64,000 nucleotides of DNA from Octopus vulgaris. Taxonomy: Eukaryota. The stretch is taken from positions 118,606,001-118,670,000 of the forward strand of contig OX597815.1 in the NCBI GenBank assembly GCA_951406725.2, read 5' to 3'. Under the pieces are notes generated by a model. That model searched no databases and was not told the origin of the DNA. It was given only the letters and a program-made list of their open reading frames with translations. How positions within the stretch are numbered: position 1 is the stretch's first letter; the number at the start of each line of letters is the position of its first letter. A program made the translations under genes and the position numbers. Of the stretch, positions 1-12,462 are shown one piece after another.

Positions 1-599
1 CGCACACATAAAATTACATGTATAACTACATAAGTGTAAATATGCATACAAATATACACACATACGGAAACGTATACAAATATACAAAAATATGTAAACA
101 AATACATGCTCACATATATAAAAGTATATGCACATATACATAGACATCTATATATGTATGCACACACATATGTATATATACATATATATTTACACACACA
201 CACAAACGCATATGCATACGTAAACACACATACATGCATATACATACATATACATACATACAATACATACATATAAATATATAGATATATCTACGTCATA
301 ACGTATGCATGCAAACAATTTTTTAAAAACTGCCTCGTGTGTATAATATTAAAATGTAAAATGTAAAATAACATAATTAAATACGTGAGTAAAAATAAAA
401 ATAAAGATAAAATAATAAAAAATAAACCTCGGCAAAGCTTAAGCTCAAAATTAAATTTATAAAATAGCCGAAAAGTTTCCTAAAAATGAAGTTGAAATAT
501 ACATTAGCGTTGCGATGCAAAATAACTATACCGTGTAAAGTCGAATTCAAATGTGATAGTCAAAAAATATATTTCGAAAGTCAAAACATTTTACCCATA

Positions 600-1060
600 C
601 GGTATTTTGTCGGTTGACATTTTAAATTTTGTGGCGCGCCTGCAGGAATGTAAGAGCTCGCGTTTCTGGTTCAAAGCGTTTTTATCCTGGAACAAGATGA
701 AGAACTTTTCTGAGAGGCAAAGATTACATTTCATAGATCATTTATAAGCTGTATGTCTGTATGCTGATACTTTTTCTAGAATTTCCCAGGTTACATTGAA
801 AAGATGAGTGTCATTCTCTTTCAATTCCCAGGCATATTTTGCAAGACTAGTCAGTCCTTTTCTCGGGGTATCGGAAAGAATTTCAGTGGAAAAAGAATCG
901 CGTCTTGAATGAATTTTCTGAAGCCCCTGTGTATGTTTTATATTCCTGCGAGCCATCTATTTGCACTTTGGTTCTATAAACAATAACTTTTCCAAGACAT
1001 TTTCCTTCCAACGGACAGCAAGTCTCATCTTTGCAGTAGCAATTCCTCAGATTAGATTCG
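600..1060 (-). mobile_element. Penelope-like retroelement remnant, GIY-YIG endonuclease region (frameshifted)
   Basis: Overlapping minus frames give CYCKDETCCPLEGKCLGKVIVYRTKV..KTYTGASENSFKTRF..H, TSLAKYAWELK..VTWEILEK and CNLCLSEKFFI..LNQKRELLHSCRR, matching the PLE GIY-YIG/CCHH C-terminus. Confidence 0.85.
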
Positions 1061-1360
1061 GCACTGTACGTGTCTGTAATAATTTTTATATATAAATACA
1101 CCAGAGTAAGCGACTAGTCTTGCAAAGCATGTCTGGGAATTGAAAGAGAATGTAACCTAGCGGTTCGGCAAAAATGACCGATAGAATATGTACTAGGCTT
1201 ATAAAGAATAAGTCCTGGGATCAATTTCTTCGTCTAAAAGCCTTTAAGGTGGTGCTCCAGCATGGAACGTTAAATAAAGAATTATACAAAATCTGACTGC
1301 CTCCTTTTTCTAAATATACAATATCTGTACATCATTTCAAACACTTTATACATAGAGTCG

Positions 1361-2004
1361 TTAATCTGTAGCGAGTGATTGAGTCTCTTCATCCAGATGG
1401 ATGCGGAGGGTGCCGGTGCTTGATTGGTTGCTCAGTCCAAGGGTGATATAGAAGAGCCAGGGGAATTTATCGCAGATGGTTGGCGGGGGACCCGGAAATG
1501 CAAGTTTTTCTTCGTGTCCTCGACGTCTGAACTCTGCTTCTTGACGTCTGTTATTTTCCATCGGGTCCGTTCCCTTGACGATGAAATGCCGCCACTTTGG
1601 ACGATCCTTGGTGATTGTCTCCCAAGTATTTGGGTCAACGGAGCAACGGAGGACAGTGGCCTTGAGCTGATCACGGAAACGAAATTTGGGGGCTCCACGT
1701 GGTTTGGTGCCTGAGGTCAACTCTGCAAAGAGGAGCTGACGCGGGAGGTGTGCTGAGGTATATGTATGATGTGTCCCGACCGCTGAGGTATATGTATGCG
1801 GTGTCATGCCATGGTAGCTTCACTACTGGGCAATCTGGTCCGGAGAAGAACCTCTTGATTGGTAATATAGTCCTTCCATCGAATACACATGACTGCGCGA
1901 AGTTTGAGCCGTTGGAAACGTTTGATTTTCTTCGAGTCACGTTGATACAACACATATATCTCACAACCGTAGAGGAGTGTGGAAAGGACGACAGCTCGGA
2001 ATAC
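1361..2004 (-). mobile_element. RTE-clade LINE 3' fragment (post-RT region)
   Basis: FRAVVLSTLLYGCE..RFQRLKLRAVMCIRWKDYITNQEVL and LPRQLLFAELTSGTKPRGAPKFRFRDQLK..WETITKDRPKWR in two frames; short internal tandem duplication at about 1752-1805. Confidence 0.85.
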
Positions 2005-2005
2005 C

Positions 2006-2025
2006 ACACACACACACACACAAAT

Positions 2026-2073
<48 letters not shown>
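2006..2073. repeat. (CA)n + (TA)n microsatellite
   Basis: Seen directly. Confidence 0.95.
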
Positions 2074-2077
<4 letters not shown>

Positions 2078-2107
2078 AATGCTAAAATAATTTTATAGTG
2101 AACATTT

Positions 2108-2145
2108 CAGTACCGGTTTCGGTCATTTTGAGACCTTTTCAACTG
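2108..2145 (-). ncRNA. Minimal type I hammerhead ribozyme motif, U3-A8 core variant, in a probable Penelope terminal repeat
   Basis: Minus strand reads CAG UUGAAAA GGUC-UCAAAAU-GACC GAAAC CG GUA CUG: stem I CAG/CUG, stem II GGUC/GACC, palindromic stem III ACCGGU. Confidence 0.65.
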
Positions 2146-2492
2146 TAACGATTAAATAATTAAATTTAGAAAAATTAGAAGAAAAGTTTTTTAAAACAAT
2201 ATTTCTATAGTAGTGTTCAGATTTATGGCATTCTGCCTTTCTCTGACTCCCTTGTTTGCACTTGTGTGTTCGAGGTAGTTGTGAGTTCTTGGTAGGGTAG
2301 TAGAGGAAGGCTGGTGAGGAAAGAGGGTGGGAGAATCTGGGAGTGCCCTGATGGTCGTATTTTGAATGGTCAGTGGCGACTGGCAGACTCAGTTCAATTC
2401 AGGAGAATATTTATATCGACAGGCTTGTTTATAGAATTAGCGTAGGTGTTATACTAAAAAACATTAGTGACAAACTTAAGGGGTAGGGGTGG

Positions 2493-2625
2493 AGAAGAAG
2501 AAGAAGAAGAAGAAGAAGAAGAAGAAGGAGAAGGAGAAGGAGAAGATGATGGTGATGGTGGTGATTCTCCCTTCTCTGTTTTTTTCTTCTTCTTCTTCTT
2601 CATCATCATCGTTATCATCATCATC
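2493..2625. repeat. (GAA)n/(GAT/GGT)n and complementary (TTC)/(ATC) low-complexity tract
   Basis: Seen directly; explains the ORF 2467-2994. Confidence 0.9.
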
Positions 2626-3483
2626 GGCGTAAATTATTTTAGCATTTTCTATTTTTTACTTGTTTTTTCATATATATCAACTCGTGTGTTCCTTTTCACC
2701 CTTATACATATATATATATATACATACATATATATATATATGACGAACTTCCACACAGTTTCCGACTATCAATATTCACTCAGAGAGCATTGTTCGATTA
2801 ATCAGTCCAGGGCTATAGTAGAACACAATTGGCCATGGTTCCATGCAATGGGATCGAACCTAGAATTATATGGTTGCAAAGCGAGCTTCTTAACGACATA
2901 CTCATGCCTTTCTAAATTCGTAACAGGGGAACCCAAATTTAGGGCAAAGCACGAAGGCATAGTTCACCACAATAAGGAATATAATAGACGATGATCCGAG
3001 AACATGACAAATATTTAGTTCAGTGACTCTGAGATGTTAAGTAGAATTGACCTCTGTTGAACTCAGAATGTATACGTTGTGAATGCCTTCCACAAAGCCC
3101 TAAAAGCATTGCTCTATGTCTTGTTACCATTATATCACCTATAGAGTTAATATTGGTAGAATTACCAGTTCTCGACCGAAAAAATGTTAGGTCAGTCTAA
3201 AGCCTGAAGAAAAAAATATTTTGTAGTGTTTCATCATCATTCAGCTGGCATTTGATTTTGTGGCATGATAAACAGATGTTGGCTCTGAAAACTTTCGGGA
3301 CTTATCTTTTTGCAGGTTGCTATTTCCCCGCAAGATAAACTTTATATAAAATAAATAAGAAATAAGTAAATAAACTAAAACGGAACCAAATCTGACCAAA
3401 GATAACTAAATTAAGACTATTTATCGCGTTTTAAGTACACATCTCTACACATATACCAACCTAACAAATTTGATTGACATGTA

Positions 3484-4359
3484 TATGAGGTCTGATCAAT
3501 AAGTATCTGGACTGTTGCCATAGTAACGACGCTAAAGCACGCAGCGTATGTAAAACAGCTCGGCAAAGATTGCCCTTGCTGTGCATGCGCACTAAGTTTT
3601 AACGTTCTAACTCACTTCGATTGTTTACAGCAGTGCCAGGAAGGAAGCTGTGTAGCGTGTGATCGTCGCATTGACCATGACAGAATAAGTTGTCATGGTG
3701 ATACCTGCTCAGGGGCCTGCGCAAAGTTGCAGAAAGTGTATGGAGAGGAGTGTATGAGCGGCACAGGAGTGTACGAGTGGTTCAGACGTTTCCAAAATGG
3801 TAGAAAAAATGTCGATACTGACGAACGTTCTGAGAGATTTGCAACCAGCGGAACTGAGAGAAACATCACAGATGTGCGTGCAACTGTGAGGGGAAATCGT
3901 CGAAATACCATCCGTGGGTTATCAGAGTATGTGCAGGTTAGTTACGGTTCAGTTCAGTCCATTATCAATGAAGATTTGGGTATGAGATACGTGTTTGCCA
4001 AGTTTGTGCCCAAACTGCTTTCAGCTAACAAAAAAGACACTCGGGTTTAAGTTGCACAAGATCCCCTTTATTGCGTCAAGACCAATGAAAACTTTTTGAA
4101 ACTTTGCGTGGGCCTTTGAGCAGGTATCGCTAAGCTTTTGGCAAAATTTGATACACATTCTATGCTCAACCTTCTCTGTCATGGTCAGTGCAACGATCAC
4201 ACGCTACGCACATTCCTTCCAAGCACTGCTGTAAACAGCTGAAGGAGCAAGAACTTTAAAACTTAGTGCACACGCACAACAGAGTTCAAGGTCGGCTTTA
4301 TTCTGAGGGCTTTAGCTTCGTTACTATGGTAACACTCCAGTTATTGATCATACCATGTA
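3484..4359 (+). mobile_element. Non-autonomous mariner element with about 250-bp inverted ends and an HTH-only transposase remnant
   Basis: TA-flanked TIRs (tgaggtctgatcaataa / ttattgatcataccatg); 3484-3728 is an inverted copy of about 4098-4359; ORF 3727-4050 QKVYGEECMS..VYEWFRRFQNGRKNVDTDERS..FVPKLL is the mariner N-terminal HTH region. Confidence 0.9.
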
Positions 4360-4370
4360 TATATATACGT

Positions 4371-4411
<41 letters not shown>

Positions 4412-4415
4412 CATG

Positions 4416-4465
<50 letters not shown>

Positions 4466-4467
<2 letters not shown>

Positions 4468-4862
4468 CGCAGCGTGGCTGTGTGGTAAGAAGCTTGCTTC
4501 CCGACCACATGGTTCCAGGTTCAGTTCCACTGCGTGACACCTTGGGCAAGTGTCTTCTATTATAGTCTCAGGCCGACCAAAACCTTGTGAATGGATTTAT
4601 TACACGGAAACTGAAAGAAGCCCGTCGTATATACATGTGTATGTGTGAGTGGGTGTGCGTGAATGTGTCTATGTTTCTTCTCCCACCATCGCTTGACAAC
4701 CAATGTTGCTATGTTTACGTCCCCGTTATTTAGCGGTTCGGCACAAGACACCGATAGAATAAGTACTAGGCTAACAAAGAATAAGTCCTGGGATTGATTT
4801 TTCGACTAAAGGCGGTACACCAGGATGGCCGCAGTTAAATGACTGAAACAAGTAAGTGAATA
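4466..4862 (+). mobile_element. tRNA-derived SINE, family A (internal microsatellite)
   Basis: A/B-box-like head tggctgtgtggtaag..ggttcagttcc; highly similar to copies at 9562 and 60315. Confidence 0.9.
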
Positions 4863-4869
4863 AATGAAT

Positions 4870-4898
4870 ATATACGCACACATACATGCATACACACG

Positions 4899-4950
<52 letters not shown>

Positions 4951-5024
4951 TTATACATATGTATGTATATATATATATGTGTGTGTATACATATATATAT
5001 ATACAAACATATATATATACATAC

Positions 5025-5059
<35 letters not shown>

Positions 5060-5120
5060 TGTATGTATGTATGTATGTATGTATGTATGTATGTATGTAT
5101 GTGTGTATGTATATACATAA
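4870..5120. repeat. Compound (CA)n/(TA)n/(TATG)n microsatellite
   Basis: Seen directly. Confidence 0.95.
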
Positions 5121-5689
5121 AGACACACAGAGTAAATTTAATGTGTGGCGGAACTGTTTAGAAGTTCACTTCGCGAACTCAAGGTTTCGACTTCGATCCG
5201 ACTGCAACGCGTCTTGGGAAAATGTTATTTTCTATAACCCCTTCTCGACCCCAAACTTTGTGAGTCACATCGGATAGATGGAAGTTGTATTGAACACCTG
5301 TAGATGGATTAAACAGTTGTTCCAAATGGTACATCCTTATCACACATGCTAATTCCGTCTGATAAGTACATTAAAGGCCTTTGGAATCCTCAGCCATTTA
5401 CATGTTAATTCAGGAACAGGTAATTAATTTGATTAAGCAACTGAATCCTCACCCTTTAACGACGGAGATTCACAAAACTGAATATGAGATCTTTTGAAAA
5501 GATTTTCTAATATCAAAGAAAACTTAGGTGCTTTTATCTCATTCTTGTTACATCACCACACTTACATAGCAACCTTCAATGAGTCACTGGTATTACAAAA
5601 CTGCCGATTGGTCACCAACGCCATTCTCTTTAGATACCCCACCCGTGGTAATCCAGGGTGCTCCAGGGAGCAAGATCACATGAAAGCGG

Positions 5690-6400
5690 TCAAATAATCG
5701 TGAAATTTGGGGGCCAAACATTCGCAAGTCATGAGGGTCGTGTGAATGTGTTCAGCTTTCTTCAGGCCAGCCCTCCGTTCGTGACTCAAGTACCGTATCT
5801 AATATCTCGATGTAGTTGGTGATATTGGCCTTGAGACCCTGTAATACGTAAGGCAGCATTGCATGACCCTCATTGCTCATGACCCACACAGGATCATGAT
5901 AGACGATGGAAACAATGTGCCTCACAGTCTGTACTTTGATAGGGTCCACACAACACCATGTATCATTCCTTCTGTTCACCTTCTGGTTCTGATCGAAGTT
6001 CTCTTCGGAGAAAACCAGAGAATTGCACAATTCTCAATGTGTTCAGAATTTATTCAACAATTACTTCGACCGGATCACACCGTTCTCTTGGAACTTATCG
6101 GATATGAACTGCATTCTCCACATCATGTACCGACGTCCTCGGCATCGCGCGTCTGATAAGTGGACTCCGATTCATTGAGTTGCTTTGTGATGACCCTCGT
6201 CGGCTTTAAGATTTATAGTCCATGTCCTGGGTGAACTTTGACTTCCTGACGACCAGGAACAACGGTTGACATGTGCTATCGTTCTCTGGGACGAGGAGAC
6301 TAAAATTCTATAAACTCGATTATCTGCTAGTGCTAACGTTTGTTGCTCAAGTAAGCAATATAAGTCAATCAACTTGACGTCATACATGCTTTAAGGAAAT
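5690..6400 (-). mobile_element. Degraded Tc1/mariner-superfamily (maT/DD37D-like) transposase
   Basis: FSEENFDQNQKVNRRND..VMSNEGHAMLPYVLQGLKANITNYIEILDTVL; similar to the fragment at 63009. Confidence 0.7.
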
Positions 6401-7039
6401 AGACAGTAAACATATCCTTATTTGGAACATGTATGTTTGTGTGTGTGAGTGTGTGTGTGTGTGTAAGGGAGAGAGAGAGAGAGAGCTTCCTTATTTAGAA
6501 AATACTTCCTCACCCAAATCACACCGAAATGAATTTTGAGTTTGAAATAAAATATTATCGTTCTTCTCTGTTCATTTATTTAGTTTCATATTACTTAGTT
6601 TCTGTTACTTCTCGAAAACATCCGCCAATGAGGTCATGCTATTCTTGTCTCCCTCAGCAGTCACTGTAATATAACAACCAAGCATCATCATCATCACCAT
6701 CACAGTTTATCCACCAGTCTTTGAGCATCAACAGCACATAGTTTTAAAAGCCTTCGCGATCGCTTTAAATGTTAAGCCTTATATTTAGGAGTGATCTCCC
6801 CTGTCAAACGCACCCTTTTAACATAGTAAAAGCTACATGTCAAAGACTTTTCTTCAGAACCAGAATATACTAATATACTTCAAACTGTAGCAACTACTAA
6901 TCCTCTGCAAAACTTGGGTGTAATCCTCAATGGAATAATATCTGGAACGGTGGTGATACTACAAACGCTGACATCGAAGGTCGCATCCACAGAAAGTCAC
7001 TCACACGTTCAAGCCTCTAATCCACAAATGTGCTGTCTC

Positions 7040-7088
<49 letters not shown>

Positions 7089-8620
7089 CGCGTTCTGTTG
7101 CTTCACAAATACTTTGTAAGTGAAATTTAACTGACAGATATTGTATTTATAGAGGCCCGTCGAGTGGATTGTACCTGTATTTAGAAGATACAATCATATC
7201 ATACACTGATTCTACTTGAGCATTACATTAAGGGTATGTACAAGTGACTGTAGAATGCTCAGCCACTTATAAATTAACTGAGGACAGGTAATGCAGTTGA
7301 TAGAACAACCGAATCATCATCGCCGAACAACGCAGATCTCCCTCTATATAAATCATTCGTTATTCTGTAAACAGTTTATTTGCTCTCGTTAAGTATACGT
7401 TAACTTTACAGCTGAACTTATCTACAACTTCACCCCAAATTTTTTTTCTTCTTCTTTTATTAAAATGACCTTTAAAAATTCAGGAAGTGAGTTTACCGAG
7501 TGACTTTTACCTGCAAATTCAGTTCTTATATCTTTAGTTTCAAATTTTAAAACCGTATTATGTTTAAACAAATGAAATCCACGTATAAACAGAGATTAGT
7601 TAACACATTGTTTAAAAAAAAAGGGAGAGGGAGAGAAACAAAATTTCATGTAAATTATATACTGTCAATTTCTTTTTCTTCCTTAATTAAAGAATGGGGC
7701 TCGGTCTCATGGTATTTGCAAAACCTGCTTGACACGGTGTAGATAATGTTCCGATAGGTCAACATCCACAAGAAAAACGTGAAAATTAACATGTACGGGA
7801 AGTGGGAAGGATGTGTAGTTTGCTACTTTTGAGGAGCATATGTTGAGCTGAAACAGCAACATTAGACGTCGCAGAGAAAAGAAAATGCGCCTCGGTAAGA
7901 CAGTGGACATGGTTAATTAGTGAATTAATCATTGTCAGTTAGCAGAATCGTCAGGTTTGAGGATATGGTCCGAAGTGCTTCTATATGTGTGGTAATTTCA
8001 TCAATTTTACTAGTCCAGAGTTAGTTGCATAGAGGGTCTAAAATTCATCAGTATTTATAATCTCGAAGAATGAGTTTATTCTTCAGACGCATTGTTGGCA
8101 TTCTGATGGAGTTCTTTCTCGATTAACGCGGTAAATCATTACCACGAATCACCTTGCTATTCGAAATCGTGTAAGTCGAGGGAGATACGTTGTTTAACGA
8201 TGCTAGTACTAAAGAAAGTCCTTGTTTCCCAACCACATAGTTCCGGTTCGATCCCATTGCATGGCACCTTGGGCCTTCTATTATAGCTTTGAGCCGACCA
8301 AAGTTTTCTGAGTAGATTTGGCAGAGGGAAACTGAAAGAAACCCGTCATGTAAATATGTAAATATACATGCATTTGTGTTCCCATGCTCTGCCAGAATCT
8401 CCTCCGTCTAAGCCAGAAAAAAGGCCTTTCGTTTGTTTTCTTGTTCATTATTTTTTTTATTTCTCGTATTGTATTTTCTTGTACATGTATTTTTATCTTG
8501 TATTTTATTTTGTAGTTTTATTTGTATCGTTTTCACGCCCTGTTTGTGTTACATTTTTTTCTTGCTTGTTTTTACCCCTCTGCGAAGTAATTTTATTTTA
8601 ATTCTCTTGCAGGAAGGATT

Positions 8621-8692
8621 AGTTTGGCGAGTCGTGTTCTGTCTCGCCTTCGAAACACGCTGGAGCCGAACTGGAGACAGCTGATGAAGGGG
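8621..8692 (+). ncRNA. Candidate rearranged (non-circularly permuted) hammerhead ribozyme
   Basis: CGUGU-U-CUGUCUC g CCUUC-GAA-ACACG ... GAGACAG-CUGAUGA-A-GGGG: 5-bp stem III, 7-bp stem I, intact CUGAUGA and GAAA cores, in swapped strand order. Confidence 0.6.
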
Positions 8693-8878
8693 ATTTTTCC
8701 TTGTGTAGTTTTTTCTGTTGTAAAAAAATGGTTTTTCCGTTTTCGTTTCTCGTTGAGTTCTACGTCTAGTTGTGGTGTCCTGTACTCACGTATATATATT
8801 TATATATGCATGTATATATACATGTAGATGTAGGTACGTACATATATGTTTGTATGTATGCATATATTTTATTTATTA

Positions 8879-8923
<45 letters not shown>

Positions 8924-8924
<1 letters not shown>

Positions 8925-9208
8925 TGTTGTGTCTGGGGAGAGAGTCATTTTCTTTTTGTGCCTTTTAAATTTAACACAGTCACTGTGTTTAATTTAACAC
9001 AGTAAAATTTCCATTTAATCCTTATTTTTATTTTCCTAAAATTTACGTTGCGTCTTGCAACCTTTTCAATAGTCTTGTCTATTGAAAAGGTTGCAAGACG
9101 CAACGAAAATGTTAGGAAAATAAAAAAAGGAATAAGTGGAAATTTTACCGGTGAGTGTTTTAAATTATAAGGCACATAAAGAAAATGACTCTCCCCAGAC
9201 ACAACAGA
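8924..9208. repeat. About 285-bp foldback (palindromic) element between (TA)n tracts
   Basis: ctgttgtgtctggggagag..cgttgcgtcttgcaaccttttcaatag / ctattgaaaaggttgcaagacgcaacg..ctctccccagacacaacag. Confidence 0.9.
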
Positions 9209-9561
9209 ATATGCTACAACACGAACTCACATAAAGAATCTTGCAAGCCAAATCCCAAAACGAAATATATATATATATATATATATATATCCCAAAACGA
9301 AATATATATATATATATATATATATTACAAAATACAAAGTTATATCTTGAGATCGCTAGTGATAACAACACTCAAAATATAAAACAGACTGGAATAGTAG
9401 TGCTCAAATGAGCTGTATACACTTTTTAATCCGAGGGCAGGCAATGTGAGCAGCAACTAAAGGAACATTAGAAAATCCACAGAAAGATCAAACACATACA
9501 TATATTCATTTATATCTACAGAACAGATATAAAGTCCGACGTTTAAAAATATAGTAATATA

Positions 9562-9722
9562 GGCGCAAGTGGCTGTGTGGTAAGTAGCTTGCTAAACAAC
9601 CACATGGTTCCGGGTTCAGTCCCACTGCGTGGCATCTTGGGCAAGTGTCTTCTGCTATAGCCCCGGGCCGACCAATGCTTTGTGAGTGGATTTGGTAGAC
9701 AGAAACTGAAAGAAGCCTGTCG

Positions 9723-9757
<35 letters not shown>

Positions 9758-9972
9758 TTGTGTGCCTGTGTTTGTCCCCCTAGCATTGCTTGACAACCGA
9801 TGCCGGTGTGTTTACGTCCCCGTCACTTAGCGGTTCGGCAAAAGAGACTGATAGAATAAGTACTGGGCTTACAAAGAATAAGTCCCGGGGTCGATTTGCT
9901 CGACTAAAGGTGGTGCTCCAGCATGGCCGCAGTCAAATGACTGAAACAAGTAAAAGAGTAAAGAGTAAGAGT
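9562..9972 (+). mobile_element. tRNA-derived SINE, family A, full length
   Basis: Near-identical to 60315-60733; (AAGAGTA)n-type tail. Confidence 0.92.
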
Positions 9973-10639
9973 AATAAATATATAAACATCATATAAAAAT
10001 ATATAAATATATAAGAATCAATGTTGCACATATAACACATTGAATTTACGCTTAAACTCGTAAAACATTTGGTATAAATTTGTTGAATTAAAAATTTGGG
10101 GTAATGAAACATGAAAATAAAAGGCACGCCACCTAAGTCTAGATATAAATTTTTATCGTTGCATCCGCTGACAGCCGACATCATCTTACTATTGTTTACA
10201 ATTCAATTTTTCCCGTTACAACTAAAAACTTTATCGTTACAAAAATCCGATGCCGTTACAAATATATAACACAACAAACTTCTTTGCGCGTGAGTCAATG
10301 AAGAGAAATGGCATCTTCCTGTGACCTTGAACAGGAAAGGATATATGTTTATTGAAGATACATTATACTATAAACAAAGAGGAGGTGAACACGTTTCATC
10401 ATAGGTCGACTCGGTTAAGGTTGAACTTGAATTAAGCCAATAATAACTACCATCCTGCAGACTGAATTCTTTTCTTGCCCCCCTAACACTCACAAGGCCA
10501 GTTAGCCAGTTTCCATGACATGGACGCTTCCTTTAAACGAGACGCCAGTCCATTGCCGAGTTCAAGCACAGCAATTTTTGAGAGAAGTGGGGAAAAGTTG
10601 ATTAAATCGACCCCAGTACGTGACTGGTATTTTATTTAA

Positions 10640-10865
10640 GGCGGCGAGCTGGCAGAAACGTTAGCACGCCGGGCGAAATGCTTAGCGGTATTTTGTCTGC
10701 GTTACGTTGTGAGCTCAAATTCCGCCGAGGTCGACTTTGCCTTTCATCCTTTCGGAGTCGATAAATTAAGTACCAGTTACGCACCAGTGCGTAATCGACT
10801 TAATACCTGTCTGTCCTTGTTTGTCCCCTCTGTGTTTAGCCCCTTGTGGGTAATAAAGAAATAGG
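10640..10865 (+). mobile_element. SINE family B (Nin-domain-like core)
   Basis: ggcggcgagctggcagaaacgttagc head and gtcgactttgcctttcatcctttcgg.gtcgataaattaagtaccag core; many copies in the window. Confidence 0.88.
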
Positions 10866-11217
10866 TATTTTATTTGACCGACCCTGAAGGGATGAAAGAC
10901 ATGGAAGTTGACCAAGACGGAACATGAACTCAAAACTTAAAGATCCGGAAGAAAAGCTGCTAAACATATTGTCCGGTGTGCTAATGATTCTATCAGCTCG
11001 CTGCCAATACAGGGCGAATTACAAAGTAATCTTTTGCGCCATAGTTTTTGGTTAACGCATAACATTATCTATTTCTTCTGATTAAATAAACGACCACTCC
11101 AAAGTTTGGTACATGACTGAATCACAGAGTCATTAATATGTCACAATTTTAATTCAGACGCACCAACAGGATCGAATTAAAATATTACAAGATATCCACT
11201 GCGGCGCCTTGATGTAT

Positions 11218-11608
11218 ACTCTTTTACTTGTTTCAGTCATTTGACTGCAGCCATGCTGGAGCACCGCATTTAGTCGAGCAAATCGACCCCAGGACTTATT
11301 TTTTGTTAGCCAAGTACTTATTCTATCGGTCTCTTTTGCCGAACCGCTAATTTACGGGGACACAAACACACCAGCATCGGTTGTCAAGCGATGTGGAGGG
11401 CGACAAACACAGACGCACAAACATATATATATATACATATATACGACGGGCTTCTCTCAGTTTCCTTCTACCAAATCCACTCACAAGGATTTTGTCGGCC
11501 CGAGGCTATAGTAGAAGACACATGCCTAAGGTGCCATGCAGTGGGATTGAACCCGGAACCATATGGTTGATAAGCAAGCTACTTACCACACATTCACTCC
11601 TACGCCTA
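11218..11608 (-). mobile_element. SINE family A
   Basis: Reverse complement of the 9562 copy. Confidence 0.9.
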
Positions 11609-12462
11609 GGTCATCTCTATTTCATAGACGACAAACACTATTACTTTAGCACGATGCTGATCAGCGAGAGCATTGTTTGTTTTTTTTATCTTCTTGATAT
11701 AACAGATAAAAATGCATTTCTTCACTATACTAAAATAGACATATGGACTAAACTAATTTAACCTGTCCTACATTTAAGTATATCTTAGCAATTCTTTGCA
11801 ATGCTGAACGTAATAAGTTAATCCTCGAGAGATTCTGCTGACATCTAGTGACACAAAAATTCCTAAAGCAGGGAGATAAAATATTAATTTACGACGAAGG
11901 AGAGTTTTATGTTAAGACCAACAGAACTGAGTACATCAAAGATAAGATACTAAGATGCATGGCAACTAATAACAGCCTTCGTTGTCAAAAATTCGTTTTA
12001 ATAAAGTTCAGAAAAATAATGGTTCCAAATTTTGGAACAAGGTCAGCAGTTTCAGTCAAGGGAGATGTTAGTCAGTTTGATTGATCCAAATACTCGCTCG
12101 GTACTTTATTTTATCGACCTCAAAAGGATGAAAGGCAAATTTAACCTAGACACGATTTGAACTCAAAACTTAAAAGAGAAATGTCGATAAGTGTTTTGCA
12201 TGAAGTGATAACGATTCTGCTTGCTCGCCAGGCTAGATGAATCTACTAAGGTTTCAAACGAAAACCTTAGATTTTCGTCTGAACGCTTAGGAAGGTTCGA
12301 GAGAAAATGAGAAACGTATTTGGTGGCTATGAATAGAGTTCGAGCTGTATAAGGAAGAAGACAATGAATCAAGAAATTCATTGAAAGGGCACAAGACAGG
12401 AATTTCAACCGTGTTTCGTGGTCTGCTACCACAACAGCTCCTTTATAGGATCCAGTTAGCTC

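Noticed and set aside
4266-5277. ORFs rich in YI, HT, CV, MYVC, poly-I, poly-L or poly-M here and at 8766-9382, 52134, 53922-55172, 58680 and 62134-62689
   Set aside because: Translations of microsatellites and SINEs
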